Shown here: positions 20,251 through 30,583 of the stretch, piece by piece
How positions within the stretch are numbered: the stretch's first letter is position 1
Layout: each line of letters starts with the position of its first letter
Origin: Candidatus Marinacidobacterales bacterium
GTDB taxonomy: Bacteria > Acidobacteriota > Vicinamibacteria > Marinacidobacterales > DATDRI01
Direction of reading: 5' to 3'
Assembly: GCA_965219415.1 (NCBI GenBank)
Contig: CBDCNP010000001.1
Coordinates: forward strand, 220,251 to 284,250
DNA: 64,000 nucleotides
The notes under the pieces: generated by a model
Database searches by the model: none
The model's input: the letters and a program-made list of their open reading frames with translations, nothing else
Told to the model about the DNA's origin: nothing
Position numbers and translations under genes: made by a program

Positions 20251-21699
20251 TCAGTTCAGCAGGGATCGAAACTCTTCTCGCTTGGAATCGAGACCCTTGC
20301 CGTTGGTCGAGAGAGCGACGACAACGAAAACGATCAAAGAGACCCCGAACGCCCATGACGCCGCGCCGAGCGGCGTCGGAAAGAGCTCGCCCCATGGAGA
20401 GAACTCCTTGAGCAGGAGAACGAGGAGTCCGAGGAATAGAGACCAAAAGGCCGCCACTGCGCTCGACCGCTTCCAGTAGAACATCCCCAAAACGCTGGGG
20501 ACGAAGATGACATTGACACCGATACCCAACATTATTAGTGACAAGACCGACCGCCACTCCAACAGGAGGCTCCAGGAGTAGATACCCAGAAGGAGCGCCA
20601 GCGTTGCCAGTCGCGCGAAACGGAAGTCCGAGCTCGCTTTTGTTTTTCGGGGAAAGAGCGGTCTTAGGTCCTCGGAAATAATGGAGCCGGCGGTCAACAT
20701 CTGGCTGTCCACGGTCGACATACCGCCCGCAAAGGCGGCTACTAGAACGAACGCGCCGAAGACCGGGGCGTGTCGGTTGAAGATGGCACCGAGCACGCTA
20801 TCTCCGTCGGCCAATCCCGCGGGGAACATCGTGATGCCCGCCGTGCCAATGACCCAGGCCACGAAGAAGAGGGCAAGGTAGATGATAGGAAGCACTACCA
20901 CGATTCTCGCTACCGATAGCGCCGAACGCGCCATGTACATGCGCTGCCAGACGTAGGGGAGAAAGGGAAGGCCGAGGGCGATGATGAGGTACTCGTAGTA
21001 ACCGATGCCGATGCTCTGGAAACTCGCCTTCTCCGGAGCGCGCACCACGAGATTCTCCATGAGCACACCCCAACCCCCGGCCCAGTGAACCACGAGGAAT
21101 CCGGACACCAAGAGGAACGTCCCGAGAATCGTGCCCTGCACCACGTCGGTCCATATGACGGCACGGGCGCCACCGAAGTAAACGTAGAGTCCAATCGCGA
21201 AACAGGCCAAGGACACGCCAACCGAGTACGGTATGGCTCCACCGGTTAGGGCCTCGAACGTCTTTCCCACCGCCACCATCTGGGCGGCGGCGTGGGGGAT
21301 CATGCTGAGCAAGCCCGCCACCGCGGTGACGATCATCACCCTCTTGCTCCCATAGAAATCTTCGAGCAGTTGAGCCGGCGTGACGAACCGCTTGACCCTC
21401 CCCACCTTCCAGAATTTGTCGACGACCAGCATCATCATTACTGGAACCAGGATGAAGAAAAATACCCAGAAATAACCGCTGCCCTTGGTGAAGAACTCCG
21501 ACGGCGAGGAAACGATAGTCCCCGTCGAGAACAGGCTCGCCATCGTGGTGACCACGAGCGCCAGCATCGGCACCTCGCGCTTCGATAGAAAGTAATCCTC
21601 GGTATCGGTCCCCGAGCGTCGGTAGGCGAAGAGCCCCACGAGCTTCAAGAAGACCAGATAAACGACGAGAACCAGGAGGGTGAAGGAGGTGATGCTCAT
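20251..21699 (-). CDS. Sodium:solute symporter family protein
   Basis: About 13 TM; EDYFL, GGARAVIWTDVVQG, AGGMSTVDS. Confidence 0.93.
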   Translation of the reverse strand: MSITSFTLLVLVVYLVFLKLVGLFAYRRSGTDTEDYFLSKREVPMLALVVTTMASLFSTGTIVSSPSEFFTKGSGYFWVFFFILVPVMMMLVVDKFWKVGRVKRFVTPAQLLEDFYGSKRVMIVTAVAGLLSMIPHAAAQMVAVGKTFEALTGGAIPYSVGVSLACFAIGLYVYFGGARAVIWTDVVQGTILGTFLLVSGFLVVHWAGGWGVLMENLVVRAPEKASFQSIGIGYYEYLIIALGLPFLPYVWQRMYMARSALSVARIVVVLPIIYLALFFVAWVIGTAGITMFPAGLADGDSVLGAIFNRHAPVFGAFVLVAAFAGGMSTVDSQMLTAGSIISEDLRPLFPRKTKASSDFRFARLATLALLLGIYSWSLLLEWRSVLSLIMLGIGVNVIFVPSVLGMFYWKRSSAVAAFWSLFLGLLVLLLKEFSPWGELFPTPLGAASWAFGVSLIVFVVVALSTNGKGLDSKREEFRSLLN

Positions 21700-21920
21700 G
21701 GGGAACGATCCAAACTCAGAGCGCGTTGCTTGTACCAAAAAGCGTAGACGAGGAGGATCCCGACGACCATCGCGACGGAAGCGAACAGGATCCCGAGCAG
21801 GGGGCCAGGGATCCCCCAGAGCGCCCACCCGTCAAGCCCGCCAAGATCAACGACGTCGAGGGGTATTAGGAGCTGGAGCAGGAAACCAACCCCTACGAGA
21901 GTCCATCCCAGTCTGGTCAT
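21696..21920 (-). CDS. Small membrane subunit coupled to SSS transporter
   Basis: Two TMs; ATGA overlap with SSS gene. Confidence 0.7.
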   Translation of the reverse strand: MTRLGWTLVGVGFLLQLLIPLDVVDLGGLDGWALWGIPGPLLGILFASVAMVVGILLVYAFWYKQRALSLDRSP

Positions 21921-21956
21921 TCCGGAGAGTCTAGTGTGAAATGAGAAGCTTGGGCA

Positions 21957-23864
21957 TCAAAGGATCACGCGCTCGCTGCCCACTCTCCGCGTCACGTGCT
22001 CTCGGTCCAACCACTCCAAGAGTGGAATGGCGTGCTTTCGAGTGACGCCCGCCAGATCCTTGAAGAAGGCGACGTCGATCTTGGGCCTTTTTTCCTTCTG
22101 CTGCTGCACGGATTGCTTCAACTCTTCGAGGGCGTCGCGATGAAAAACCATGCCTTCGGCTACCTTGACCAGAGTCCCTTCTTGGGTGAGGAGGCGTGCG
22201 ATCCGCTGGAGAAGTTTCAGATCGCGGCGGTTCTTGGAAGCGATTTCCGCCAACGCGGGCGGTTGATAGCGGGCCTTGAGGAACGTATCTCCGAGGAACG
22301 ACCAAGCCTCCGCTTCCTCCGAAGACAGCTCGATACGATGGTCACTCGTTGCCACCCAATCCTTGACGGCTCGAAGCTTTCCGTTCTCGACCATACGACC
22401 GAGCGACCATTCGAAAACCTCCAAGCGTGCACGCGCCGTCGCCTTTTCTCGGAGCTCGCCCCGGGGCATTCCCTCACGCAACGGGTTGGCCTTCTGAAAC
22501 GACTTCAGCTCCATTAGTATTTGCGCCGAGATTTGCTCGGCCGTCTCCGGTGCTAGAAACAACAGCGGTTTTTCCGAGACCCGAAAGACTCGTTCGTTCG
22601 AAAGCAGAACTTCGACGAGCTTCGCCAGGGAGGCGTCGTCGATACCGAGTCGTCGCGCCAAAGCGGCACCATCGAGACCGCGCGGACCCGATGTGGCTAT
22701 GAACAGCGCGCACGCTTCGACTCGATCGCCCGACCGGAGCGCAGCGAGCCGCTCCACCACATCACGGCTAGTCACCGAGTGCTTCGGGGGGGATGGATCG
22801 AGGACTCGACCTCCTCCCAACGTCTCTAGAGGTGAGTAGCGTCGAATGATGAATCGATCCAAAGCGGCGGCGACCACCGGCGTCTCGAGACGAAATTGAA
22901 CGAGTGCGTGCGTCCCTGGAGCAACCGTGCCTTGGTTCCCTAAGACCCTGACCCGGGCCACGGCGACGGCGGTCCCGATGTGGAGATGCACCCTCGCCAG
23001 ATCTTTGACAGGGGTCGGAGACGATGCCAGGACCTCGAGCTCCGCATCCAGCATCAGACTGGGGAGCAGAGTACCGGGGCGCGCCAGAGTGTCTCCCCGC
23101 ACCACTTCGCTCATCTCGATGCCCTGCAGATTGACGGCAGTTCGTTGACCGGCGAGCGCGCGATCTTCGGCGGCACCGTGTACTTGCAACCCGCGCACGC
23201 GGGCCTTCGTACCACGGGGCAGAATTTCCACCTCCTCATCCACCGCGAGGCTGCCCGAGGTCAACGTGCCGGTAACGACTGCCCCGAAGCCCTTCATCGT
23301 GAAGACTCGATCCACCGGTAGACGAAAGAGACCGTCGGCCGGACGGCTGTCGACTCCGGCGGCGATATCGAACAAGACACGTTTCAGCTCATCGATGCCC
23401 GCACCGGTTTTCGAAGAGACGTAAATCGTTTGGGCTTCTTCGAGGAAGCTACCTTTGGCCAGCTCACTCATTTCCATGGCCGCGATCTCCCGGAGCTCCG
23501 GTTCAACCAAGTCCACCTTGGTAATCACCACCACGCCCTTTTTCACCCGAAGGAGACGGCAAATCTCGAAGTGCTCGCGAGTCTGAGGCATCACCGATTC
23601 GTCGGCCGCCACGACGAGCATCACCATGTCGATGCCGCCGGCACCCGCCAGCATGTTTTTTACGAAACGCTCATGCCCCGGAACATCGACGAACCCGAGG
23701 GTAATTCGTTCGGGGTCTGTTAAGAACGCGAACCCCAAGTCGACAGTGATTCCCCTCTCTTTTTCCTCCTTCAACCGGTCGGGGTCGGTGCCGGTGAGGG
23801 CGCGCACCAACGCACTCTTGCCGTGATCGATATGTCCTGCGGTACCCACGATGACATGTTTCAT
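21957..23864 (-). CDS. selB: Selenocysteine-specific elongation factor
   Basis: [29 protein letters not shown]; C-terminal winged helix ([13 protein letters not shown]). Confidence 0.97.
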   Translation of the reverse strand: MKHVIVGTAGHIDHGKSALVRALTGTDPDRLKEEKERGITVDLGFAFLTDPERITLGFVDVPGHERFVKNMLAGAGGIDMVMLVVAADESVMPQTREHFEICRLLRVKKGVVVITKVDLVEPELREIAAMEMSELAKGSFLEEAQTIYVSSKTGAGIDELKRVLFDIAAGVDSRPADGLFRLPVDRVFTMKGFGAVVTGTLTSGSLAVDEEVEILPRGTKARVRGLQVHGAAEDRALAGQRTAVNLQGIEMSEVVRGDTLARPGTLLPSLMLDAELEVLASSPTPVKDLARVHLHIGTAVAVARVRVLGNQGTVAPGTHALVQFRLETPVVAAALDRFIIRRYSPLETLGGGRVLDPSPPKHSVTSRDVVERLAALRSGDRVEACALFIATSGPRGLDGAALARRLGIDDASLAKLVEVLLSNERVFRVSEKPLLFLAPETAEQISAQILMELKSFQKANPLREGMPRGELREKATARARLEVFEWSLGRMVENGKLRAVKDWVATSDHRIELSSEEAEAWSFLGDTFLKARYQPPALAEIASKNRRDLKLLQRIARLLTQEGTLVKVAEGMVFHRDALEELKQSVQQQKEKRPKIDVAFFKDLAGVTRKHAIPLLEWLDREHVTRRVGSERVIL

Positions 23865-23941
23865 GGCGTCTCCACGACATGATAGCCGACCGGCAAGGGC
23901 GGTTAAACCCTGTGCTATCATGGGATCACAAAGAGGTGTTC

Positions 23942-24745
23942 ATGACCCAATCGAATCTCCTGTTCTTGCTTCTGTTCGCTTTCTCCACGTCGGCGGTTGC
24001 AACGACCGGTGCGGAAACCGTTCAAAACACCAGCAGCGACAAAGAGGACTCGGACGAGAACGAGATCCTTAGGGAGCTCGGCGAGATTCGCAAGGAGATC
24101 GAAACCTTGCGCAGAGAAGTAGGAGATTTGCGGAGCAAGGTAGGCGACATCCACCGTGTTGCGGTGCGCCCCGCCCCCACCGCCCCGCCTCCACCGGACA
24201 AGGTTACTTTGGACGAGAGCCGTGCCCTCGGGAGTGCGGATGCACAGATCGCGATCGTGGAGTTCTCCGATTACCAGTGTCCGTACTGTCAGCGCTTCTT
24301 CTTACAAACGTTCCCCTCACTCAAGAAAAACTACGTCGAGACCGGCAAGGCTCGCTTTTACTTTCGAGACTTCCCTCTCGAACAGATCCACCCTCAGGCC
24401 AGATCGTCTGCCATCGCCGCCAATTGCGCGTCGCGACAAGGCGCTTATTGGGACATGCACCACGGATTGTTCGAGAATCAAAAGAGACTTGGCCCCGAGC
24501 TCTACCAGGAGTTGGCAAAGGAGATGGGGCTAGACGTAGCTGCTTTCGAAGCCTGTCTCGAAGAGCCAGACGAGGACAAGAGAGTCGATCAGGAGCTCGC
24601 CTACGGCCGAAGCCTTGCCATTCAGGGAACGCCACACTATTTCGTGGGTCGCATCGAGGACGGTCAGCTGGTCGACGTGACGCGCGTGAACGGCGCACAA
24701 CCCTTCGCGGCTTTCTCGAAGGTAATCGAGCCATATCTTCAATGA
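23942..24745 (+). CDS. DsbA-family thioredoxin protein
   Basis: Signal peptide, coiled coil, EFSDYQCPYC, GTP cis-Pro loop. Confidence 0.92.
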   Translation: MTQSNLLFLLLFAFSTSAVATTGAETVQNTSSDKEDSDENEILRELGEIRKEIETLRREVGDLRSKVGDIHRVAVRPAPTAPPPPDKVTLDESRALGSADAQIAIVEFSDYQCPYCQRFFLQTFPSLKKNYVETGKARFYFRDFPLEQIHPQARSSAIAANCASRQGAYWDMHHGLFENQKRLGPELYQELAKEMGLDVAAFEACLEEPDEDKRVDQELAYGRSLAIQGTPHYFVGRIEDGQLVDVTRVNGAQPFAAFSKVIEPYLQ

Positions 24746-24755
24746 CAACTCGGCC

Positions 24756-25736
24756 GTGACTCGCCGTACCCAATCCCTCGCGCTAAGCCGGAGAACGTTC
24801 CTTGCACTCACCGCAGGCTTCGTTCTTACCGGCGCGGAGCGTCGAGGAGAGGGTGTCGAAGTAGAAGTCCTCGGCACGGCGCAGGATGCTGGACTCCCTC
24901 ATCTGGGCTGTCGAGAGGATCGCTGCCTGCGAGCCGTAGCCGATCCTTCCTTGCGTAGGCGCGTCGCGTCGATCGGGATCCGTACTGGCGGGATCCGTGC
25001 CGGCGATTTTTTGTTCTTGGTAGACGCCACCCCGGACATCGTCTCGCAGATAACGGATTTGCAACGAGGGCCCGACCGTGGACGGAGGCCGGTGGATGGC
25101 ATTCTCCTCACGCACGCCCACATCGGGCATTACCTAGGTCTCGCCTTTCTCGGCAAAGAGTCGATCGCCGCCGATCGAACTCCTGTCTATTGCACCGAGT
25201 CCATGGCCGACTACCTGTCGAAAAATGCTCCGTGGAGCCTTCTGGTGTCTTCTGAGCAGATCGTGCTCCGGTCGCTCGGCGGCCCGACGACTGGCCCGAT
25301 GACTGGCAAGGTCCGGCTCGCCGACAATCTCGAGGTCGAGGTGCTCGATGTTCCTCACCGGGAAGAATTCACCGACACCCTCGGTTTCATCTTCACCGGC
25401 CGCGAAAAGAGTCTTCTCTACATTCCGGACATCGATCGGTGGGAAGAGCTCGAGCCATCGATCGAGGAGCTGGCGGAGCGGGTGGATATTCTGCTTCTGG
25501 ACGGTTCTTTTTGGGATCCGGGCCGGGAGTTATCGGCGCGAGATCCTTCCAAGATCCCGCACCCGCCGATGCCGGAGACGATGCGGCGATTGGGCCGCTT
25601 CACCAACAAGCGAAGGATCTACTTCACCCACCTCAACCACACCAACCCGGCCTGGGATACTGGCTCTCCCGAGCGCGCAAAGATCGAAAGGGGAGGGTTC
25701 GGCATTGTGGAGGAGGGCGACCGATTCGAACTCTAG
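24756..25736 (+). CDS. PqqB-like metallo-beta-lactamase fold hydrolase with twin-arginine motif
   Basis: LGTAQDAG.P, THAHIGH, HLNHTNP; SRRTFL near the N-terminus. Confidence 0.85.
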   Translation: MTRRTQSLALSRRTFLALTAGFVLTGAERRGEGVEVEVLGTAQDAGLPHLGCREDRCLRAVADPSLRRRVASIGIRTGGIRAGDFLFLVDATPDIVSQITDLQRGPDRGRRPVDGILLTHAHIGHYLGLAFLGKESIAADRTPVYCTESMADYLSKNAPWSLLVSSEQIVLRSLGGPTTGPMTGKVRLADNLEVEVLDVPHREEFTDTLGFIFTGREKSLLYIPDIDRWEELEPSIEELAERVDILLLDGSFWDPGRELSARDPSKIPHPPMPETMRRLGRFTNKRRIYFTHLNHTNPAWDTGSPERAKIERGGFGIVEEGDRFEL

Positions 25737-25765
25737 CCCGCTCCGACAACGATCCTGCGCTGCCG

Positions 25766-28084
25766 TTAGCGACGCCTTCTCTTCCTTCCGCGCGGTGGTT
25801 TCGAACGCTCCGACTTCACGTGGCTAGATCGGGAGCCGCCGCGTCCCTGTTTCGGCCTCAGGCCTTCGATGGCGAGGTCGATCTGGCGCTTTTCCTGATC
25901 GACGCGCACGACTTGCACTTCTAGTTGATCGCCGAGACGATACATCTTGCCGGTGGACTCGCCTCGCAGCGTGTGGGCTTTTTCGTTGAATCGGTAATAG
26001 TCATCGGCCAGCGTGCTGATATGAACCAACCCTTCGACAAAAAACTCTTCTAGCTCCACGAAAAGACCGAAGTTCATCACGCCGGTGACATAACCCACGA
26101 AAACATCGCCTAACTTGTCGGCCATGAAGCGTACCTTTTTCCATTTCACGAGCTCGCGCCCGGCATTCTCCGCCCTCCGCTCCGTACGCGAGGAGTGCTC
26201 GGCGATCTCGGGAAGACTCGCCTCTCTCTCCTCCTGAACTTTGGCAGTAGGCACGCCCCTGGTTCGTACTTCACGAAGCAGGCGATGGACCACCAGGTCG
26301 GGATAGCGTCGAATGGGCGACGTGAAGTGTGTGTAGGTCGGGGACGCCAAGGCGTAGTGACCGGTGTTCTCCATGGCGTAGCGAGCCTGCTTCATCGTTC
26401 TCAGCATCAGGAAAGAGATGAGGCGCTCCTCCGGCTTTCCATCGATTCTCTTGAGCAGTTTCTGAAAACTCTTGGGCTTCAATGCCTCGGAGCTCGCCCG
26501 CAAGCGATAACCCAATCCAGAGATGAAATCTTCGAACTCCTCGACTCTATCTTCCTCCGGCTTGTCGTGGACACGGTACAAGCTAGGCACGTCTAGCCCC
26601 GACAAGTGCACAGCCACAACGTCGTTCGCCAGCAACATGAACTCTTCAATGATGTGGTGGGCCACGTTTCGCTCTGCGGCCACGATCCCCGTGACCAACC
26701 CCTCGACGTCGAGGAGGATCATTGGCTCCGGTAAATCGAAATCGATGGAGCCTCGTTTCTCGCGACGAGCACGAAGGATCTGGTAGAGGCCAAGCATGCG
26801 TTCGAAGAGAGGAACGAGCTTTTTATTGCGCCGAATGACGTCGGGATCTCGGTCGACCAGAATCTGCCGCACTTCGGTGTAGGTCATGCGCGCGGCGCTA
26901 CAGATCACGCCGTCATAGAGCTCGTAGTTCTCGACGCGGCCCTTGGGACTCACTTCGATACGCACCGACTGCACCAGCCGGTCGACCCCGGGATTGAGAC
27001 TACAGATTCCGTTCGAGAGCCGCTCCGGGAGCATGGGGACGGCGCTCTCCGGAAAGTAGACGGACGTCCCGCGTTCGAAGGCTTCTCGATCTAGCGGGCT
27101 CTTCTCGCCGACGTAGTGAGCCACGTCGGCGATGTGGACTCCCAAGAGAAAGTTGCCGTTTTCGAGGAGCTCGACTTGCACCGCGTCGTCGAAGTCACGG
27201 GCCGTCTCTCCATCGATGGTCACGATGTCTTCGCTCCGGAAATCGGCACGGTTCGCGATCGCTTGTTGAGGCACCTCGGTTGGAATGCTCTCTGCTTCTT
27301 GGAGCACGTCCTCCGAAAACATGTTCGGAATCTGGTACTTTGCGACGATGACCCGCACGTCGACACCCGGTTCATCGACTTGCCCCAAAACCTCGGTAAC
27401 TTTTCCTAAGGGAGCGCGAAAGGGACTCGGATAACGAACGATCTCGACGACGACCATCTCACCCGGTCGAGCTCCTGCCTCTTCTCCGTGTGTCACGAAC
27501 ACTTCGTAGAGAAAGTTGGGATCGAACGGCACGACGCGCGCACCCGCGTGGTCTTTTTCGAACCGGCCCACCATTTGAGTCGACCCGCGTTCGAGCACTT
27601 CGACGATGCGACCCTCCGGCTTCCCGAAACGGCCCTGGCGCTCGATATGAACCAACACCCGATCGCCGTGGAGCGCATCGGCGAGCGCCGCACCCGCAAC
27701 ATAGATGTCGGGCTCGGGCTTTCCCTTCTTGCCGGTCTTGCCGGTCTTTCCGGTCTTTCCTGGCGGGCCCGGCGGGCGGTCCGGCCGCACGAAACCGAAG
27801 CCTCCCGGCTCGCAGGAGAGTCGGCCCGCCACCAGGTCCATCTTCTCGGGCAGGCCGATTCGATCGGAGCGCGTGCGCGCCAGCTTTCCCTCCGCGACCA
27901 TCTCGCCCAAAATCCGCTTGGCGGCGAGGCGAGCATCTCCCTTGGCGCGAAGCATCTTGAGAATGTCTTTTTCCGTGGTAGGACGCCCGAGTCGAATCAA
28001 GATCTCCTGGACCCGGGTTCGGATCTGGCTATCTGTCTTTTCTGTGAGAGGGGGCACCGGCGGCAATCTTAGCGCCGTTCCCAA
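25766..28084 (-). CDS. rnr: Ribonuclease R (start uncertain)
   Basis: TIDGETARDFDDA, HFTSPIRRYPDL, S1 domain, basic tail. Confidence 0.96.
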   Translation of the reverse strand: MGTALRLPPVPPLTEKTDSQIRTRVQEILIRLGRPTTEKDILKMLRAKGDARLAAKRILGEMVAEGKLARTRSDRIGLPEKMDLVAGRLSCEPGGFGFVRPDRPPGPPGKTGKTGKTGKKGKPEPDIYVAGAALADALHGDRVLVHIERQGRFGKPEGRIVEVLERGSTQMVGRFEKDHAGARVVPFDPNFLYEVFVTHGEEAGARPGEMVVVEIVRYPSPFRAPLGKVTEVLGQVDEPGVDVRVIVAKYQIPNMFSEDVLQEAESIPTEVPQQAIANRADFRSEDIVTIDGETARDFDDAVQVELLENGNFLLGVHIADVAHYVGEKSPLDREAFERGTSVYFPESAVPMLPERLSNGICSLNPGVDRLVQSVRIEVSPKGRVENYELYDGVICSAARMTYTEVRQILVDRDPDVIRRNKKLVPLFERMLGLYQILRARREKRGSIDFDLPEPMILLDVEGLVTGIVAAERNVAHHIIEEFMLLANDVVAVHLSGLDVPSLYRVHDKPEEDRVEEFEDFISGLGYRLRASSEALKPKSFQKLLKRIDGKPEERLISFLMLRTMKQARYAMENTGHYALASPTYTHFTSPIRRYPDLVVHRLLREVRTRGVPTAKVQEEREASLPEIAEHSSRTERRAENAGRELVKWKKVRFMADKLGDVFVGYVTGVMNFGLFVELEEFFVEGLVHISTLADDYYRFNEKAHTLRGESTGKMYRLGDQLEVQVVRVDQEKRQIDLAIEGLRPKQGRGGSRSSHVKSERSKPPRGRKRRRR

Positions 28085-28098
28085 TCGAAATCGACTCG

Positions 28099-28127
28099 TT
28101 GACAGGACCCGGCGGCGCTCCTATCAT
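28099..28127 (+). promoter_or_regulatory. Sigma70 promoter of tRNA-Leu
   Basis: TTGACA-17 nt-TATCAT. Confidence 0.8.
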
Positions 28128-28152
28128 GGCGTTCGATTGAGGCCTTCCCAGT

Positions 28153-28238
28153 GCCGAAGTGGCGGAACGGCAGACGCGCTGCGTTCAGGGCGCAGTTCTC
28201 TTCGGGGAGTGGGGGTTCGAATCCCCCCTTCGGCACCA
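28153..28238 (+). tRNA. tRNA-Leu(CAG)
   Basis: GCCGAAG/CTTCGGC acceptor stem, CTGCG-TTCAGGG-CGCAG anticodon arm, long variable arm, GTTCGAA, encoded CCA. Confidence 0.97.
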
Positions 28239-28319
28239 AAAAATAGTCCCTCCATTCCAACCGTGTTCCTCGGTCCCTGCGGGAATAGCTGACAATCCTT
28301 CGATTGCCGCCAAAACCAC

Positions 28320-28351
28320 TTGACCCTGTACCTGGGTCAAAGGTTTACAAT
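28320..28351 (+). promoter_or_regulatory. MerR-type promoter/operator
   Basis: TTGACC-20 nt-TACAAT with dyad TTGACCC...GGGTCAA over the -35 and spacer. Confidence 0.8.
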
Positions 28352-28369
28352 GCGGGTAGGAGCAATCGA

Positions 28370-28787
28370 ATGGAAAACGACTCGTTTCTCATCGGCGAAC
28401 TAGCCCAGCGGGCCAACGTCAATCGCGAGACCTTCCGTTACTATGAACGGCGGGGACTCCTCAAACCGAGCCGCCGCACCCCCTCCGGCTACCGCGTCTA
28501 CCGTCCGGAAGCCGAAGAACGGCTAGGTTTCATCAGACGTGCCCAAGCTTTCGGATTCACACTCGATGAGATCTCAGTGCTACTCGGACTGCGGCCCGAC
28601 AATCCTCGGAGCTGTCGTCGCGTCTTGGGGATCCTCGACCAGAAAGTAGAAGAGCTCGCCCAACAAGATTACCGAAATGAAGCGCTTCCATCGGCAAATG
28701 TCCAGCTATCGCGACCATTGCGCTCAGACGATTGACAAGGGTTCGAGATGCCCGGTGATTGCAGACGTATCCAACGTGAAGATCTGA
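28370..28787 (+). CDS. Metal-responsive MerR-family regulator, frameshift near 28665
   Basis: IGELA..ETFRYYERRGLL, GFTLDEI, RSC; the shifted frame gives EMKRFHRQMSSYRDHC...RCPVI. Confidence 0.88.
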
Positions 28788-28796
28788 GGAGATATC

Positions 28797-29135
28797 ATGT
28801 CCAAGTGGACCGGTTTCGGAGCCGTTGGCGCAAGCCTCGGGGTAGCTCTGAGCTGGTTGTGCTGCCTCCCTTTCGCGGCTGCATTGGGGGCGGGAGTCGC
28901 GGCGGCAGGAGCCGCGCTCACACCACTTCAGCCCTTCATGGCTCTTGCCAGCGTTTCGCTGCTCGCCATTGCTTTCGTTCAAACACTAAGGGCGCGGGGG
29001 TGCGAGGATGGCGAGACCTGCAGCGCCCTATCGAAGCCGCGTCGTTGGCTCTTTCTAGCGGCAGTCACGGTAGCGACGATCCTCCTGATCACGGTGCCGT
29101 ACTGGAGCGCCCATCTCATTTACTGGACCCTGTGA
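28797..29135 (+). CDS. MerT-like heavy-metal transporter
   Basis: 3 TMs, LCCLP in TM1, cytoplasmic CEDGETC. Confidence 0.8.
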   Translation: MSKWTGFGAVGASLGVALSWLCCLPFAAALGAGVAAAGAALTPLQPFMALASVSLLAIAFVQTLRARGCEDGETCSALSKPRRWLFLAAVTVATILLITVPYWSAHLIYWTL

Positions 29136-29154
29136 CCGCCTGGAGGTGCACGCC

Positions 29155-29760
29155 ATGAATCGACGGATTCTAGTAGGAAGCTTAGCTGTGGCAACGCTCG
29201 CGGTTCTTTCTGGCGTCGCAGTTCTTCGGAGCTCAGGCGGCAAATCCAGTTGGAAGGAGCTCGGCTCCGTTAAAGAGCTTAGAGAGCAGTTCAACCAAGA
29301 CGAGGGTTCGATTCGGATCGTTCTGCTGTTGTCTCCGACGTGACCGGTTTGTGTCGCGGGGGCCCGGTGGGTCCAATCCAATATTCTCGAGGCTAATCCG
29401 GACGCCAACGTCAAGGTCTATGCGGTCTCCTTTCGCATGCTCGCGAGCGACCGCATCGCCAAATGGATGGTCGAGCCTGACAATCTTCTCTCGGATCCGC
29501 GCACCTTGCATTACTGGGACGAGGAAAAACTCGCTGGACGATACTACGAGGAGCGCGTGACTCAACTTGGCGATCCCGGCAACGGACGCATCGAATGGGA
29601 TGCCTATTTTCTCTATTGTCCCGATGCCACATGGGGAGAGGAACCACCGGAACACATCAGCTGGGGTCGAACCATCGTAGACTCCCGCGAACGGCTGCTC
29701 CGAGACTTCACCGCTCTGCTGCACTCCCCTGGAACGACCGAGACCCGTCGCCAAGAATGA
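29155..29760 (+). CDS. Putative selenoprotein, membrane-anchored thioredoxin-like (UxxC)
   Basis: GGAGG RBS; in-frame TGA 29341-29343 in LSPT-U-PVC; open frame continues 31 codons into ORF 29437-29760; downstream hairpin. Confidence 0.8.
29344..29375 (+). promoter_or_regulatory. Candidate bacterial SECIS element
   Basis: GGGCCC-GGT-GGGTCC hairpin with apical-loop G about 23 nt after the UGA. Confidence 0.6.
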
Positions 29761-29766
29761 AGCCTG

Positions 29767-30205
29767 ATGGATTGCTGTCAGCGTGAAGGCGAATCAGTCG
29801 ACCGCACCTGCCCTCGATGCGGCTCAGTGGGGGCGATCCGTCCAGCTGGTAACGGTCAACAGCCTTCTAACGGCTCGCGCCCTGGAAAGACTCACTGTGA
29901 AGGAGCACCGGTTCTGCGCGACGCCGGACTGCGAGGTCGTCTACTTCTCCGAAGTGACACTCTTTGGGCGCGAAGACGTTCGAGTACCCGTGTTTCAGAA
30001 GGAGCCGTCTGGCCGCCGGATGGTCTGCTACTGCTTCGAGGTTTCCGAGGATGACGCCGACGCCGCAGCGGAATCGCGTATCCGCACACACGTGCGGGCT
30101 GGGCGCTGCGCTTGCGAGTTGCGAAACCCGGAGGGTAGATGCTGTTTGGGCAACCTCTGGGCCGTTACCCGTACCACGGTAGGGGAGACCTCACAGAATG
30201 GTTGA
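29767..30205 (+). CDS. CopZ-N-terminal-like Zn/[2Fe-2S] metallochaperone, frameshift near 29830
   Basis: MDCC..CPRCG / FCATPDCEVVYF, VCYCF, CACELRNPEGRCCLGN. Confidence 0.82.
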
Positions 30206-30583
30206 GACCTGCTCGGCTTCCGACAACGATCTGGCTGGCCGCTGGTCGAGCTTGATCTCGATCTGGTGGCTCCCTGTAGCGGCGATGATCGCTGCGATGT
30301 TCGTAAACTCGCCGCTGCGAACCGCGACGTGGACAATTGCCCTGGGCTGGACGGGGGGGCCTGTCTCTTGAACGCATACCGCTGTGGTCGTGTGCACTGC
30401 TACTTCACTGGTCCGGCCTACATTCTTGGAGCCCTGACGTCTTTGCTCCACGGACTGGACGTCGTGTCGCTCGGGTCCCATGGCTGGGCGTGGATCGGCT
30501 ACACACTCATTGCCGGAAGCGTGCTCTTGAACTACGTTCCGGAGTGGGTCTGGGAAAGTGTGCCAATCTTAGTTGGGAATTGA
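30198..30583 (+). CDS. Cys/His-motif membrane protein, frameshift near 30350, 3' end probably cut by IS256
   Basis: MVETC..WWLPVAAM.. / GACLLNAYRCGRVHCYFTGP; 4 TMs. Confidence 0.7.

Noticed and set aside
27731-27760. 9-bp tandem repeat in rnr (GKT x3)
   Set aside because: In-frame low-complexity loop insertion; no evidence of phase variation
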